From assembly GCF_048403405.1 (NCBI RefSeq), contig NZ_CP183129.1: a stretch of 64,000 bases of DNA, one strand, 5' to 3'. The translations under genes were made by a program, and so were the position numbers. This stretch comes from Escherichia coli (GTDB taxonomy: Bacteria > Pseudomonadota > Gammaproteobacteria > Enterobacterales > Enterobacteriaceae). Under the pieces are notes generated by a model. The model ran no database searches. It was not told the DNA's origin and worked only from the letters and a program-made list of their open reading frames with translations. Positions 32,210 through 43,807 of the stretch are shown here, piece by piece (the stretch's first letter is position 1; each line of letters opens with the position of its first letter).

Positions 32210-33337
32210 ATGGAACAACGCCACATCACCGGCAAAAGCCACTGGTATCATGAAACGCAATCCAGTACTGCGGAGTATGACGTTCTGCCTCTGGTCCCGG
32301 AAGCCGCAAAGGTCAGCGATCCCTTTCTGCTCGACGTGATCCTTGATGAAGAAACGCTGGCTCCCTTCCTTTCATGGCTGGTCCCTGCGCGCGTTCTTGC
32401 AGTGGAATTGTTCCCTGACCAGCTTACCGTGACCCGTTCACAGACCTTCACCGCTTATGAACGCTTGTCTACGGCCCTGACGGTTGCTCAGGTTTGCGGC
32501 GTCCAGCGGTTATGTAACTACTATTCGGCGCGACTTACGCCGCTCCCCGGGCCTGATTCCTCCAGGGAAAGCAATCATAGGTTGGCACAAATCACGCAAT
32601 ATGCCCGCCAACTGGCTAGCTCGCCTTCTATTATCGACAACCGATCGCGCCAGCATCTGATTGACGTCGGTCTTACTGCCGGGGACTGTGTGATCATTAA
32701 CCAAATCATTGGTTTTATTGGCTTTCAGGCGCGGACCATTGCGACATTTCAGGCTTATCTCGGGCACCCGGTACGCTGGTTACCCGGTCTGGAAATACAA
32801 AACTACGCCGACGCGTCACTGTTTGCTGATGAATCAATACGCTGGCGAAGCAGCTATGAGGTGGAAAAACTACCTGAAGAGTACACAAAAAGTTCAACTG
32901 CAGAACTTTGCCAACTGGCCGAAACACTCTCTCTCCACCCTATTTCACTTTCCCTTCTCGAAAGGTTGTTAAACAGTACACGGGTTAATACACAGCCGGA
33001 TAATAAGCTTGCGGCGTTGTTATGCGCGCGGATAAATGGCAGTCCTGCTTGTTTTGCCGCCTGTATGGATTCATCAAATGAATATAAAAAAATCAGCGCC
33101 CTTGTGCGCAAGGGCGAAAATGAAATTAACCAATGGGCTGACCGTCATTCTGTTGAGCACGCTACCGTTCAGGCGATACAATGGCTGACCCGAGCACCCG
33201 ATCGCTTTAGCGCCGCCCAGTTCAGCCCTTTACTCGAACACGAAAAATCATCAACGCAGATTATTAATCTGCTGGTATGGAGCGGGCTGTGTGGCTGGAT
33301 AAATCGCTTAAAAATCGCGTTGGGTGAGACATATTAA
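32210..33337 (+). CDS. yciW: YciW, putative peroxidase-related/CMD-like protein
   Basis: ORF track 32132..33337; start refined to ATG 32210 (375 aa) preceded by AAGGAG; synteny between fabI and rnb. Confidence 0.8.
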   Translation: MEQRHITGKSHWYHETQSSTAEYDVLPLVPEAAKVSDPFLLDVILDEETLAPFLSWLVPARVLAVELFPDQLTVTRSQTFTAYERLSTALTVAQVCGVQRLCNYYSARLTPLPGPDSSRESNHRLAQITQYARQLASSPSIIDNRSRQHLIDVGLTAGDCVIINQIIGFIGFQARTIATFQAYLGHPVRWLPGLEIQNYADASLFADESIRWRSSYEVEKLPEEYTKSSTAELCQLAETLSLHPISLSLLERLLNSTRVNTQPDNKLAALLCARINGSPACFAACMDSSNEYKKISALVRKGENEINQWADRHSVEHATVQAIQWLTRAPDRFSAAQFSPLLEHEKSSTQIINLLVWSGLCGWINRLKIALGETY

Positions 33338-33404
33338 CCTTGCCGCGTCAGACAGATTCGCGTAAAACTGTCAGCCGCTCTAATGGCCACCAAAATAGAC
33401 AATT

Positions 33405-35339
33405 ATGTTTCAGGACAACCCGCTGCTAGCGCAGCTTAAACAGCAACTGCATTCCCAGACGCCACGCGCTGAAGGGGTGGTAAAAGCCACAGAAAAAGGC
33501 TTTGGCTTCCTGGAAGTCGACGCGCAAAAAAGTTATTTCATTCCGCCGCCGCAGATGAAAAAAGTCATGCATGGCGACCGAATTATCGCGGTGATCCACA
33601 GTGAAAAAGAACGTGAATCCGCAGAGCCAGAAGAACTGGTTGAACCGTTCCTGACTCGTTTCGTGGGTAAAGTTCAGGGCAAAAATGACCGTCTGGCCAT
33701 CGTTCCTGATCATCCACTCTTAAAAGACGCCATTCCTTGCCGCGCAGCCCGTGGCCTGAACCACGAGTTTAAAGAAGGCGACTGGGCGGTTGCCGAAATG
33801 CGCCGTCATCCGCTGAAAGGCGATCGTTCTTTCTATGCTGAACTGACACAATACATCACTTTTGGTGACGACCACTTTGTACCGTGGTGGGTTACACTTG
33901 CGCGCCATAATCTGGAAAAAGAAGCACCAGACGGCGTCGCTACCGAAATGCTCGATGAAGGTCTGGTTCGTGAAGATCTGACCGCGCTGGATTTTGTCAC
34001 CATCGACAGTGCCAGCACAGAAGATATGGATGACGCCCTTTTCGCTAAGGCGTTGCCGGATGACAAACTTCAGCTGATTGTGGCGATTGCCGATCCAACC
34101 GCGTGGATTGCAGAAGGCAGCAAGCTGGACAAAGCCGCGAAAATTCGCGCATTCACCAACTATCTGCCTGGCTTCAACATCCCTATGCTGCCTCGCGAGC
34201 TTTCTGACGATCTCTGCTCACTGCGCGCCAATGAAGTCCGCCCGGTACTGGCATGCCGCATGACGCTCTCCGCTGATGGCACCATTGAAGATAATATCGA
34301 ATTCTTTGCCGCCACCATCGAATCCAAAGCGAAGCTGGTGTATGACCAGGTTTCTGACTGGCTGGAAAATACCGGTGACTGGCAGCCTGAAAGTGAAGCA
34401 ATTGCCGAACAAGTCCGTTTGTTAGCGCAAATTTGCCAACGCCGCGGCGAGTGGCGTCATAACCACGCACTGGTGTTTAAAGATCGCCCGGATTACCGCT
34501 TTATTCTCGGTGAAAAAGGTGAAGTGCTGGATATCGTCGCCGAGCCCCGTCGCATTGCCAACCGTATCGTCGAAGAAGCGATGATTGCCGCTAACATTTG
34601 TGCGGCCCGCGTACTGCGCGATAAGCTCGGTTTTGGCATCTATAACGTGCATATGGGCTTTGATCCGGCAAATGCCGACGCGCTGGCAGCGTTGCTGAAA
34701 ACGCACGGTCTGCATGTCGATGCCGAAGAAGTGCTCACGCTGGACGGTTTCTGCAAACTGCGTCGTGAACTGGACGCGCAACCAACTGGTTTCCTCGACA
34801 GCCGCATTCGTCGCTTCCAGTCATTTGCTGAAATTAGCACTGAACCCGGTCCTCACTTTGGCCTCGGTCTGGAAGCATACGCCACCTGGACTTCGCCGAT
34901 CCGTAAATATGGCGACATGATCAACCACCGTCTGCTGAAAGCGGTTATCAAAGGCGAAACTGCGACGCGTCCGCAGGATGAAATCACTGTCCAAATGGCC
35001 GAGCGTCGCCGTCTCAACCGAATGGCAGAACGTGATGTTGGCGACTGGTTATACGCACGCTTCCTGAAAGACAAAGCCGGGACTGACACCCGTTTCGCGG
35101 CGGAAATTGTCGATATCAGCCGTGGCGGCATGCGTGTGCGTTTGGTTGATAACGGCGCTATTGCCTTTATTCCGGCACCTTTCTTACACGCTGTGCGCGA
35201 TGAACTGGTTTGCAGCCAGGAAAACGGCACTGTACAAATTAAAGGTGAAACGGCTTACAAAGTGACTGACGTTATTGACGTCACCATTGCCGAAGTCCGC
35301 ATGGAAACCCGCAGCATTATTGCGCGCCCGGTCGCGTAA
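33405..35339 (+). CDS. rnb: Exoribonuclease II (RNase II)
   Basis: 644-aa ORF with RNB catalytic domain and C-terminal S1 domain. Confidence 0.92.
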   Translation: MFQDNPLLAQLKQQLHSQTPRAEGVVKATEKGFGFLEVDAQKSYFIPPPQMKKVMHGDRIIAVIHSEKERESAEPEELVEPFLTRFVGKVQGKNDRLAIVPDHPLLKDAIPCRAARGLNHEFKEGDWAVAEMRRHPLKGDRSFYAELTQYITFGDDHFVPWWVTLARHNLEKEAPDGVATEMLDEGLVREDLTALDFVTIDSASTEDMDDALFAKALPDDKLQLIVAIADPTAWIAEGSKLDKAAKIRAFTNYLPGFNIPMLPRELSDDLCSLRANEVRPVLACRMTLSADGTIEDNIEFFAATIESKAKLVYDQVSDWLENTGDWQPESEAIAEQVRLLAQICQRRGEWRHNHALVFKDRPDYRFILGEKGEVLDIVAEPRRIANRIVEEAMIAANICAARVLRDKLGFGIYNVHMGFDPANADALAALLKTHGLHVDAEEVLTLDGFCKLRRELDAQPTGFLDSRIRRFQSFAEISTEPGPHFGLGLEAYATWTSPIRKYGDMINHRLLKAVIKGETATRPQDEITVQMAERRRLNRMAERDVGDWLYARFLKDKAGTDTRFAAEIVDISRGGMRVRLVDNGAIAFIPAPFLHAVRDELVCSQENGTVQIKGETAYKVTDVIDVTIAEVRMETRSIIARPVA

Positions 35340-35350
35340 TCTCCTTTCAC

Positions 35351-35380
35351 GGCCCATTCCTCATGAATGGGCCATTTATT
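35351..35380 (+). terminator. Intrinsic terminator after rnb
   Basis: GGCCCATT-loop-AATGGGCC hairpin followed by ATTTATTT. Confidence 0.5.
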
Positions 35381-35573
35381 TCCCCGCTCCACCTTCGTCA
35401 TATCCCGGCAGATTTTTAACTGACTTTCGTTTGAAAACTGGCGTTTTTCCAAAACTGGATTACAAATAAATATATAAAAAAAACAATGCGTTTAGCCGCC
35501 GTTAATTTCATGTAAGTCATGTTGTTCCTTTTATTTAACCGCGGACTCCGCTGTTAACCGGAGGATATGCATC

Positions 35574-37559
35574 ATGAAAACCGTTAGGGAGTCCACAACG
35601 TTGTACAACTTTCTCGGATCGCACAATCCATACTGGCGGTTAACGGAAAGCAGCGATGTTTTGCGCTTTTCTACCACCGAAACCACAGAACCTGAACGTA
35701 CGTTGCAGTTATCTGCCGAACAGGCTGCTCGCATCAGGGAAATGACAGTCATCACTTCCAGTCTGATGATGAGTCTGACCGTCGATGAAAGCGATCTTTC
35801 TGTGCATCTGGTAGGACGAAAAATCAATAAACGGGAATGGGCTGGCAACGCGTCGGCATGGCATGACACACCGGCGGTTGCTCGTGATTTATCACACGGG
35901 CTTTCCTTTGCTGAGCAGGTAGTTTCTGAAGCACATTCCGCAATAGTGATTCTCGACAGTCGGGGGAATATCCAGCGCTTCAATCGGTTATGTGAAGATT
36001 ACACAGGGTTGAAAGAACACGACGTCATTGGGCAAAGCGTGTTTAAACTGTTTATGAGCCGTCGTGAAGCTGCGGCATCCAGGCGCAATAACCGTGTATT
36101 TTTTCGAAGCGGCAATGCATATGAAGTCGAACTGTGGATACCAACACGTAAAGGCCAGCGGCTGTTTCTGTTTCGCAATAAATTTGTCCACAGCGGTAGT
36201 GGCAAAAACGAGATTTTTTTAATCTGTTCCGGCACCGACATTACCGAAGAGCGCCGCGCTCAGGAGCGACTGCGCATTCTGGCAAATACCGACAGTATCA
36301 CCGGACTGCCGAATCGTAACGCAATGCAGGAGTTAATCGATCACGCTATTAATCAGGCAGATAACAATAAAGTTGGGGTTGTGTATCTTGATTTGGATAA
36401 TTTTAAAAAGGTCAACGACGCCTATGGGCATTTGTTTGGTGACCAGCTATTACGCGACGTGTCATTGGCTATTTTAAGCTGTCTCGAACATGACCAGGTG
36501 TTGGCGCGTCCAGGTGGCGATGAGTTTCTGGTACTGGCATCCAACACCTCACAAAGCGCGCTGGAAGCAATGGCATCACGAATTTTGACCCGCTTACGGC
36601 TCCCCTTTCGCATTGGTTTAATTGAAGTTTATACCAGCTGTTCAGTAGGTATTGCACTCTCTCCCGAACATGGTTCAGACAGCACGGCTATTATTCGTCA
36701 CGCCGACACAGCAATGTACACAGCGAAGGAAGGCGGACGAGGACAATTTTGCGTTTTTACCCCAGAAATGAATCAACGGGTATTTGAATATCTCTGGCTG
36801 GATACCAACTTGCGTAAAGCACTGGAAAACGATCAGTTGGTTATTCACTATCAACCGAAAATCACCTGGCGTGGCGAAGTGCGCAGTCTGGAAGCACTAG
36901 TACGTTGGCAGTCACCTGAACGTGGGTTGATTCCACCGTTGGACTTCATTTCCTACGCCGAAGAGTCAGGGCTAATTGTGCCTTTAGGCCGTTGGGTGAT
37001 TCTCGATGTCGTACGCCAGGTGGCGAAGTGGCGGGATAAAGGTATTAACCTGCGAGTGGCGGTAAATATTTCTGCACGTCAGCTCGCCGATCAAACCATT
37101 TTCACCGCCCTGAAACAGGTTCTCCAGGAACTCAATTTTGAATACTGCCCTATAGATGTTGAACTGACAGAGAGTTGTCTGATTGAGAATGATGAACTGG
37201 CACTGTCTGTTATTCAACAATTTAGCCAACTAGGTGCGCAAGTGCATCTGGATGATTTTGGTACCGGCTACTCTTCACTTTCGCAACTGGCGCGCTTTCC
37301 GATCGATGCCATCAAACTTGACCAGGTTTTTGTTCGAGATATTCACAAACAACCTGTCTCGCAGTCACTGGTCCGGGCGATCGTCGCTGTGGCCCAGGCA
37401 TTGAATCTTCAGGTGATCGCCGAAGGTGTAGAGAGTGCAAAGGAAGATGCTTTTTTAACCAAGAACGGGATCAATGAGCGGCAAGGATTTTTGTTTGCCA
37501 AACCGATGCCCGCCGTCGCCTTCGAACGCTGGTATAAACGCTATCTGAAGCGCGCATAA
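35574..37559 (+). CDS. pdeR: Cyclic-di-GMP phosphodiesterase PdeR (PAS-GGDEF-EAL)
   Basis: 661-aa ORF with PAS, degenerate GGDEF and intact EAL domain; synteny. Confidence 0.9.
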   Translation: MKTVRESTTLYNFLGSHNPYWRLTESSDVLRFSTTETTEPERTLQLSAEQAARIREMTVITSSLMMSLTVDESDLSVHLVGRKINKREWAGNASAWHDTPAVARDLSHGLSFAEQVVSEAHSAIVILDSRGNIQRFNRLCEDYTGLKEHDVIGQSVFKLFMSRREAAASRRNNRVFFRSGNAYEVELWIPTRKGQRLFLFRNKFVHSGSGKNEIFLICSGTDITEERRAQERLRILANTDSITGLPNRNAMQELIDHAINQADNNKVGVVYLDLDNFKKVNDAYGHLFGDQLLRDVSLAILSCLEHDQVLARPGGDEFLVLASNTSQSALEAMASRILTRLRLPFRIGLIEVYTSCSVGIALSPEHGSDSTAIIRHADTAMYTAKEGGRGQFCVFTPEMNQRVFEYLWLDTNLRKALENDQLVIHYQPKITWRGEVRSLEALVRWQSPERGLIPPLDFISYAEESGLIVPLGRWVILDVVRQVAKWRDKGINLRVAVNISARQLADQTIFTALKQVLQELNFEYCPIDVELTESCLIENDELALSVIQQFSQLGAQVHLDDFGTGYSSLSQLARFPIDAIKLDQVFVRDIHKQPVSQSLVRAIVAVAQALNLQVIAEGVESAKEDAFLTKNGINERQGFLFAKPMPAVAFERWYKRYLKRA

Positions 37560-37705
37560 GTAGATGAATATATATACTTAGCGCTATATCCCGTCATTAT
37601 ATATCGTATTCCTGGATGATAATTAGCCGTTGCTGTTAAACACTTCTCTTTTAGCGGCAATTTTTGCATTATTCATTTTCCACTTTTACTATAAGGATGT
37701 CCTTG

Positions 37706-37879
37706 ATGTCTGAATTTGATGCCCAGCGCGTTGCCGAACGTATTGATATTGTGTTAGATATCCTTGTGGCAGGCGATTACCACTCTGCGATCCATAATCT
37801 CGAGATACTTAAAGCAGAACTCTTGCGCCAGGTTGCTGAATCTACGCCAGACATCCCGAAGGCACCGTGGGAGATTTAA
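37706..37879 (+). CDS. yciZ: Small protein YciZ (UPF0509)
   Basis: ORF track 37664..37879; start refined to ATG 37706 (57 aa [14 protein letters not shown]...). Confidence 0.7.
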
Positions 37880-37968
37880 CAATCGTGCCTTCAGGTTTTC
37901 CTATTTGAGGATGCCCGGCGCGTCAGTATTTTTTTATTTAGTATTATAACGTTATAAGAATTACAGCG

Positions 37969-38718
37969 ATGAATTCCCGACAACAAACTATTCTACAGAT
38001 GGTCATTGACCAGGGTCAGGTTAGCGTAACCGATCTGGCAAAAGCCACTGGAGTTTCTGAAGTTACCATTCGCCAGGATCTCAACACCCTCGAAAAACTG
38101 AGTTACCTCCGCCGTGCACATGGCTTTGCAGTTTCGCTTGATAGTGATGACGTCGAAACCCGTATGATGAGCAACTATACGCTGAAGCGTGAACTCGCCG
38201 AGTTTGCCGCGTCTCTGGTTCAACCGGGCGAAACCATCTTTATCGAAAATGGTAGCAGCAATGCCCTGCTCGCCCGGACTCTGGGCGAACAGAAGAAAAA
38301 TGTCACTATCATCACAGTCAGCAGCTACATTGCGCATTTGCTGAAAGACGCGCCTTGTGAAGTCATTTTGCTCGGTGGCGTGTACCAGAAAAAAAGCGAA
38401 AGTATGGTTGGCCCTTTGACACGCCAGTGCATCCAGCAGGTACATTTCAGCAAAGCATTTATTGGTATTGATGGCTGGCAACCTGAAACTGGATTCACCG
38501 GTCGCGATATGATGCGTACCGATGTGGTCAATGCCGTGCTGGAAAAAGAGTGCGAAGCGATAGTCCTGACTGACAGCTCGAAATTTGGTGCTGTACATTC
38601 ATACTCCATCGGTCCCGTTGAGCGATTCAATCGCGTGATTACCGATTCGAAAATACGCGCCAGCGATCTGATGCATCTTGAGCACAGTAAACTCACCGTT
38701 CACGTCGTTGACATTTAA
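37969..38718 (+). CDS. yciT: DeoR-family transcriptional regulator
   Basis: 249-aa ORF with N-terminal DeoR HTH and C-terminal sugar-phosphate-binding domain. Confidence 0.85.
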   Translation: MNSRQQTILQMVIDQGQVSVTDLAKATGVSEVTIRQDLNTLEKLSYLRRAHGFAVSLDSDDVETRMMSNYTLKRELAEFAASLVQPGETIFIENGSSNALLARTLGEQKKNVTIITVSSYIAHLLKDAPCEVILLGGVYQKKSESMVGPLTRQCIQQVHFSKAFIGIDGWQPETGFTGRDMMRTDVVNAVLEKECEAIVLTDSSKFGAVHSYSIGPVERFNRVITDSKIRASDLMHLEHSKLTVHVVDI

Positions 38719-38986
38719 CCATTTCCCTTCTCTACGGATGATTTGCAGTTTGGCAAATCATCCGCTCTAAGATGATTCCTGGTTGATAATTAAGACTATT
38801 TACCTGTTATTAACACTCTCAAGATATAAAATTATTATCAGCGATATAACAGGAAGTCATTATCACCTGCGTGATATAACCCTGCGCGCGAGCAGATTTC
38901 ACGGAATAATTTCACCAGGCTTATTCTTAGCTATTATAGTTATAGAGAGCTTACTTCCGTGAATCATAAATTCAGGAGAGAGTATT

Positions 38987-39205
38987 ATGTTTGTAACGAG
39001 CAAAAAAATGACCGCGGCTGTTCTGGCAATTACCCTGGCAATGTCTCTGAGTGCCTGTTCTAACTGGTCTAAACGGGACCGCAACACCGCAATCGGCGCG
39101 GGTGCAGGGGCATTAGGCGGTGCAGTACTGACCGATGGCAGTACGTTGGGTACATTAGGTGGTGCAGCTGTCGGTGGTGTTATTGGTCACCAGGTCGGTA
39201 AATAA
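38987..39205 (+). CDS. osmB: Osmotically inducible lipoprotein B
   Basis: 72-aa ORF with lipobox LSACS and glycine-zipper G-x-G-A repeats. Confidence 0.88.
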   Translation: MFVTSKKMTAAVLAITLAMSLSACSNWSKRDRNTAIGAGAGALGGAVLTDGSTLGTLGGAAVGGVIGHQVGK

Positions 39206-39300
39206 TCGTAAATAAATGTCGATTATCGACTCGCAATTATAATACGCTTGATTCTGTTCAGTACGAAATAACTGAATAATACACACAGTAAAATATTCGA

Positions 39301-39328
39301 AAGCCACGGATATATCCGTGGCTTTTTA
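39301..39328. terminator. Bidirectional intrinsic terminator between convergent osmB and yciH
   Basis: AAGCCACGG-atatat-CCGTGGCTT hairpin flanked by A- and T-runs. Confidence 0.6.
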
Positions 39329-39330
39329 TG

Positions 39331-39660
39331 TTAACCACCTGCGAGTTTTACCTTCATCCCTTTCGCTTCAAGTAGTGATTTTAATAAATCACGCTTATCG
39401 CCCTGGATTTCAATAACTCCATCTTTAACTGCTCCGCCGCAGCCGCATTTTTTCTTCAGTTCCGCTGCAAGTTTTGTCAGTTCGGCATCATCGAGATCGA
39501 CACCGGTAATCAGGCAAACGCCCTTACCTTTACGTCCACTGGTCTGACGCTGAATACGCACCACACCGTCGCCTTTAGGGCGTACAGGGGCCGCTTTGGG
39601 CTCATCAATACGTCCGGTTTCCGTTGAGTAGACCAGACGGCTGTTGGAATCACTCATCAT
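39331..39660 (-). CDS. yciH: SUI1/eIF1-family translation initiation factor homologue
   Basis: 109-aa ORF; SUI1 fold; overlaps pyrF stop. Confidence 0.87.
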   Translation of the reverse strand: MMSDSNSRLVYSTETGRIDEPKAAPVRPKGDGVVRIQRQTSGRKGKGVCLITGVDLDDAELTKLAAELKKKCGCGGAVKDGVIEIQGDKRDLLKSLLEAKGMKVKLAGG

Positions 39661-40394
39661 GCACTCCGCTGTAAAGAGGCGTTGATCGCTTTCAGCGTCT
39701 GCGCTGGATCTACCGATTGCGTTACCGGGCGACCAATCACCATATAATCAACACCAGCCGACAACGCCTGTTCTGGCGTCATAATGCGGCGCTGGTCACC
39801 AGCTTCACTCCCCTGCGGACGAATGCCCGGCGTAACCAGTTTGAACTCCTGACCGAATACCTGTTTAAAGCGCACAGCTTCCTGAGCAGAACACACCACA
39901 CCATCAAGGCCACATTTTTGCGTCAGTGCCGCCAGACGTTCTGCATAATCTGCAGGTGACAGTGTCATGCCAAGATCGACCAGGTCGCTGGCTTCCATGC
40001 TGGTCAACACTGTCACAGCAATCAAAAGCGGTGCATCTTTGCCAAACGGAACCAGTGCCTCACGCGCTGCGGTCATCATACGCGCCCCACCAGAGGCATG
40101 AACATTCACCATCCACACGCCTAAGTCAGCTGCAGCAGCGACAGCGTGCGCAGCAGTGTTAGGAATATCGTGGAATTTCAGGTCAAGAAAGATATCAAAA
40201 CCACGCTGTTGAAGTTCGCGCACAAACTGTGGCCCAAACAATGTAAACATCTCTTTGCCGACCTTCAGACGACAATCGCGTGGGTCGATCTTGTCGACAA
40301 AGGACAGCGCGTCATCACGATTATGATAATCAAGGGCAACAACCACAGGAGAATTCGTAACAGCGCGGGAAGAAGATGAAGCAGTTAACGTCAT
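39657..40394 (-). CDS. pyrF: Orotidine-5'-phosphate decarboxylase
   Basis: ORF track 39657..40454; start refined to ATG 40392-40394 (245 aa). Confidence 0.9.
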   Translation of the reverse strand: MTLTASSSSRAVTNSPVVVALDYHNRDDALSFVDKIDPRDCRLKVGKEMFTLFGPQFVRELQQRGFDIFLDLKFHDIPNTAAHAVAAAADLGVWMVNVHASGGARMMTAAREALVPFGKDAPLLIAVTVLTSMEASDLVDLGMTLSPADYAERLAALTQKCGLDGVVCSAQEAVRFKQVFGQEFKLVTPGIRPQGSEAGDQRRIMTPEQALSAGVDYMVIGRPVTQSVDPAQTLKAINASLQRSA

Positions 40395-40586
40395 GACCAG
40401 ACCTTCTTGATGATGGGCACCGGAAGTGGCGCGAAACAGGTAAACGGCGAGCATTCTACCCGTGGAAATAAAAAATTAACAGTTGCGATTTTTCCCCTGG
40501 CAGGCTTTTTCTGCGCCGTCGTTGCCGGAGCACAATGGAACATCAATAACTAGTATGTTGTAACTAAAGTCGGATTTTTTTAAAAA

Positions 40587-41756
40587 TTACAGGCCATCAA
40601 GACCGCGAATCGGTTTAATGGTTGACCAGGCCCGACAAGACGGACAATGCCAGTAGAGGGTGTATGCGGTAAAACCACATTTCTGGCAGCGATAACGAGG
40701 CTTACTACGCACCTTCTCGCCAACCATGTCACGCAGCACCATCAGACTCTCTTTGGCACGCCCTTCTTCCGCTTCATTTAAGTGGTAATCCATTAGCTTA
40801 TGGAACACACGCATGGTCGGATGACGCTGAAGCTGACGCGTAATATAGACCTGTGCGGCCTCACTACCGTCGCGCGCTTCGATAATATCCGCAAGCATCA
40901 ATTCAGCATCGGCACCGGTGTTCTCTTCCACCGCGCGCTGCAGGAATTCTGCCCATTCGGCAGTTTTACCCAACTGCTGATAGCAGGTTTGCAACATTTC
41001 CAGCGTTTCGCTGACCAGTTCTCTGTCCTGGGATATCACGCGTTGCAAACTTTCGACGGCTTTGGCGTATTCTCCTTTCGCCATAAACACGCGTCCCATC
41101 ATGATGGATACGCGGGCGCTGTTTTTATCTGCCGCAGCCCCTTTTTTTAGCAAGGTCATGGCACGATCGAGATCGTCGCTGGCCATATGCTGCAGGGCTA
41201 ACTCACAGTAGAAATGGGCAATTTCGACGCGCTGTTTATCTTTACCCAGCTTCACCAGGCGTTCGGCAACATCAATTGCTTTCTGCCACTCGCTGGTAGC
41301 CTGGTAGATTTGTAGCAACTGTTGCAGCGCGCCAATGCGGAAGTCAGTTTCATCGGTCAGCTGATTGAACATGTCTTCCGCGCGGTCGTATAACCCGGCG
41401 GCCATGTAATCACGCCCCAGTTGTTGAATCGCCAACAGACGCTGTTCATAGGTCAGCGAGGCGCTTTCCATTAGGGTCTGATGGATGCGAATAGCGCGAT
41501 CAACTTCGCCACGCGAACGGAACAGGTTTCCGAGCGTAAGGTGGGCTTCAACGGTACCCGTATCCTCTTTAAGCATATCGAGAAACAGGTCTACCGCTTT
41601 ATCCTGTTGATTACTAAGCAGAAAGTTAACCCCCGCTACGTAATCACGCGACAAGCGGTTGGCTTCATCTTGCTTGTTTTGTTGCGCACTTCTGCGGCCC
41701 ATATACCAGCCATAGGCAGCGGCTACAGGCAAAAGCAGAAACAACAACTCCAGCAT
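40587..41756 (-). CDS. lapB: LPS assembly protein LapB (TPR repeats plus rubredoxin-like zinc finger)
   Basis: 389-aa ORF with N-terminal TM, TPR repeats and C-terminal CxxC...CxxC metal-binding motif. Confidence 0.9.
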   Translation of the reverse strand: MLELLFLLLPVAAAYGWYMGRRSAQQNKQDEANRLSRDYVAGVNFLLSNQQDKAVDLFLDMLKEDTGTVEAHLTLGNLFRSRGEVDRAIRIHQTLMESASLTYEQRLLAIQQLGRDYMAAGLYDRAEDMFNQLTDETDFRIGALQQLLQIYQATSEWQKAIDVAERLVKLGKDKQRVEIAHFYCELALQHMASDDLDRAMTLLKKGAAADKNSARVSIMMGRVFMAKGEYAKAVESLQRVISQDRELVSETLEMLQTCYQQLGKTAEWAEFLQRAVEENTGADAELMLADIIEARDGSEAAQVYITRQLQRHPTMRVFHKLMDYHLNEAEEGRAKESLMVLRDMVGEKVRSKPRYRCQKCGFTAYTLYWHCPSCRAWSTIKPIRGLDGL

Positions 41757-41762
41757 AGAAAG

Positions 41763-42071
41763 TTATTCCTTCGCCGCTGACGAATGCGGCGCTACAGCCA
41801 CGTCAGTCGCGGGTGAAAGCTGGTTTTCCAGTCGCTTTATTTTACGTTCAGCGCGCGCCAGGGAAACACGAACTCGCAGCCAGAACAGACCGCAAATCAG
41901 CCAACCGATAGCAAACCCCGCAGCAAACAATACCGCCAGCAATGTGGAAATACGGTACTCCCCTTGCGCTAACAGATAATTAAACGTCACCTGTTGATCG
42001 TTCTGCGCACCTAACGTGACCGAAATCACGAAGATCGCTAACACCAGTAAGAAAATGAGTAAATATTTCAC
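41763..42071 (-). CDS. lapA: LPS assembly protein LapA
   Basis: 102-aa two-TM ORF immediately upstream of lapB. Confidence 0.85.
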   Translation of the reverse strand: MKYLLIFLLVLAIFVISVTLGAQNDQQVTFNYLLAQGEYRISTLLAVLFAAGFAIGWLICGLFWLRVRVSLARAERKIKRLENQLSPATDVAVAPHSSAAKE

Positions 42072-42219
42072 ATTACTTCCCGTTATGTGGTTAGAGCGAA
42101 TAAATTATGGTCAACTTACCGCAATAGCCCTTTAAAGTACCATTTTCGCGCCGTCTGCGAAATGGCATCCACGCGCATTGTTGATGATTTAAGGGCTAAA
42201 TTCGGAAAATCAACCAGCG

Positions 42220-42984
42220 TTAACTTTCTTGTTCTCGTTGTGCAATTTCGCGATTTTCTTCCGCAGGTGGTGTTAATGGCCCACAAATTCGTTGCGCAAG
42301 CCACGTTGCCACCGCCACCAGCGCCCACGAAATCAACGTAGCTACCACCAGATCGCGTGGCCAATGCATCCCGAGCAGCAGGCGGCTTCCCATGACTCCC
42401 GTTGCCCAGACCAACAAGATAGCAATGGTTAACGTTCGCCGACGCGGCCATAGCAAACCAACGGCCAGCAGCGCCCAACTGGCAGCAAACATCGTGTGAC
42501 CGGAAGGAAAGGCAAACCCCGTCTCTTTCTGCCAGTGTGAACGCAAATATTGTGGGATATTTTTCTCTTCAGCCAACTGTTCTTTCACTAGATTTCCGCG
42601 TTCTGCTCGCTTTAAAGTGTAGAACTCATCAACCGGAATATGATGTGTTTTTTCCAGCCAGATAACAAAAGGTCGTGGTTCCTGGACTTTGTCTTTGATC
42701 CAGGATTTAACGCCTTGTCCCACAAGAATTGCCGCCGCCAGAATGGCAAATAACATAATGGCAGCCTTAATGCGAAAACGCAGACACCAGAGAAACCAAC
42801 CGAATAAAATCAAATGTGTAATGACGCCCCAGGGCTGGGTAACAGTTTCAGTAACCCAAAAAGCCGCTTTTAGTAGCCAACTTTGTTCTCCAGGTTGCCA
42901 ACGCCAGCCAGAAATCCATACGGCTACTGGCATAACAAGCAATAGTGCAGCTCCCACTGCGGTACGTCTGGCAATCGAACGCAT
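42220..42984 (-). CDS. pgpB: Phosphatidylglycerophosphatase B (PAP2 family)
   Basis: 254-aa membrane ORF with PAP2 motifs (PSGH, SRLLLGMHWPRD). Confidence 0.88.
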   Translation of the reverse strand: MRSIARRTAVGAALLLVMPVAVWISGWRWQPGEQSWLLKAAFWVTETVTQPWGVITHLILFGWFLWCLRFRIKAAIMLFAILAAAILVGQGVKSWIKDKVQEPRPFVIWLEKTHHIPVDEFYTLKRAERGNLVKEQLAEEKNIPQYLRSHWQKETGFAFPSGHTMFAASWALLAVGLLWPRRRTLTIAILLVWATGVMGSRLLLGMHWPRDLVVATLISWALVAVATWLAQRICGPLTPPAEENREIAQREQES

Positions 42985-43153
42985 GGCCTCTCCTTTTTGA
43001 TAAGTCCCACAATCATAACTGAAAATGCCAGTTCCAGGAAAAATTGACAGATTTGTGCCATTCCGTGAACGATCGACGCGTCGTGATTAGGTGAACCCCT
43101 TCTCGTTATGGCAAAATAAGCCAATACAGAACCAGCATTATCTGGAGAATTTC

Positions 43154-43744
43154 ATGCAGCTTAAACGTGTGGCAGAAGCCAAACTGCCAACCCCATGGGG
43201 CGATTTCCTGATGGTGGGATTTGAAGAACTGGCAACCGGACACGATCATGTCGCGCTAGTCTATGGCGATATTTCCGGGCATACCCCGGTACTTGCGCGC
43301 GTCCATTCCGAATGTCTGACCGGTGACGCCCTGTTCAGCTTGCGCTGCGATTGTGGCTTCCAGCTCGAAGCGGCACTGACGCAAATTGCCGAAGAAGGCC
43401 GTGGTATTTTGCTGTATCACCGTCAGGAAGGTCGTAACATTGGTCTGCTGAATAAAATCCGCGCTTATGCACTGCAGGATCAAGGTTACGATACCGTAGA
43501 GGCTAACCACCAGTTAGGCTTCGCCGCTGATGAGCGCGACTTCACTCTTTGCGCTGATATGTTCAAACTCCTTGGCGTCAATGAAGTCCGCTTGTTAACC
43601 AATAACCCGAAAAAAGTCGAAATTCTGACCGAAGCAGGGATTAATATTGTTGAACGCGTACCGTTGATTGTAGGTCGTAACCCCAATAACGAACATTATC
43701 TTGATACCAAAGCCGAGAAAATGGGTCATTTGCTGAACAAATAA
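43154..43744 (+). CDS. ribA: GTP cyclohydrolase II
   Basis: ORF track 43091..43744; start refined to ATG 43154 (196 aa); CxGxC zinc-binding motif. Confidence 0.9.
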
Positions 43745-43807
43745 CCCTCTTGCATTGTGTAATTCATTTGCTTGCCGGAAGCAAAATAACCGGCAAGCAA
43801 ATACTCG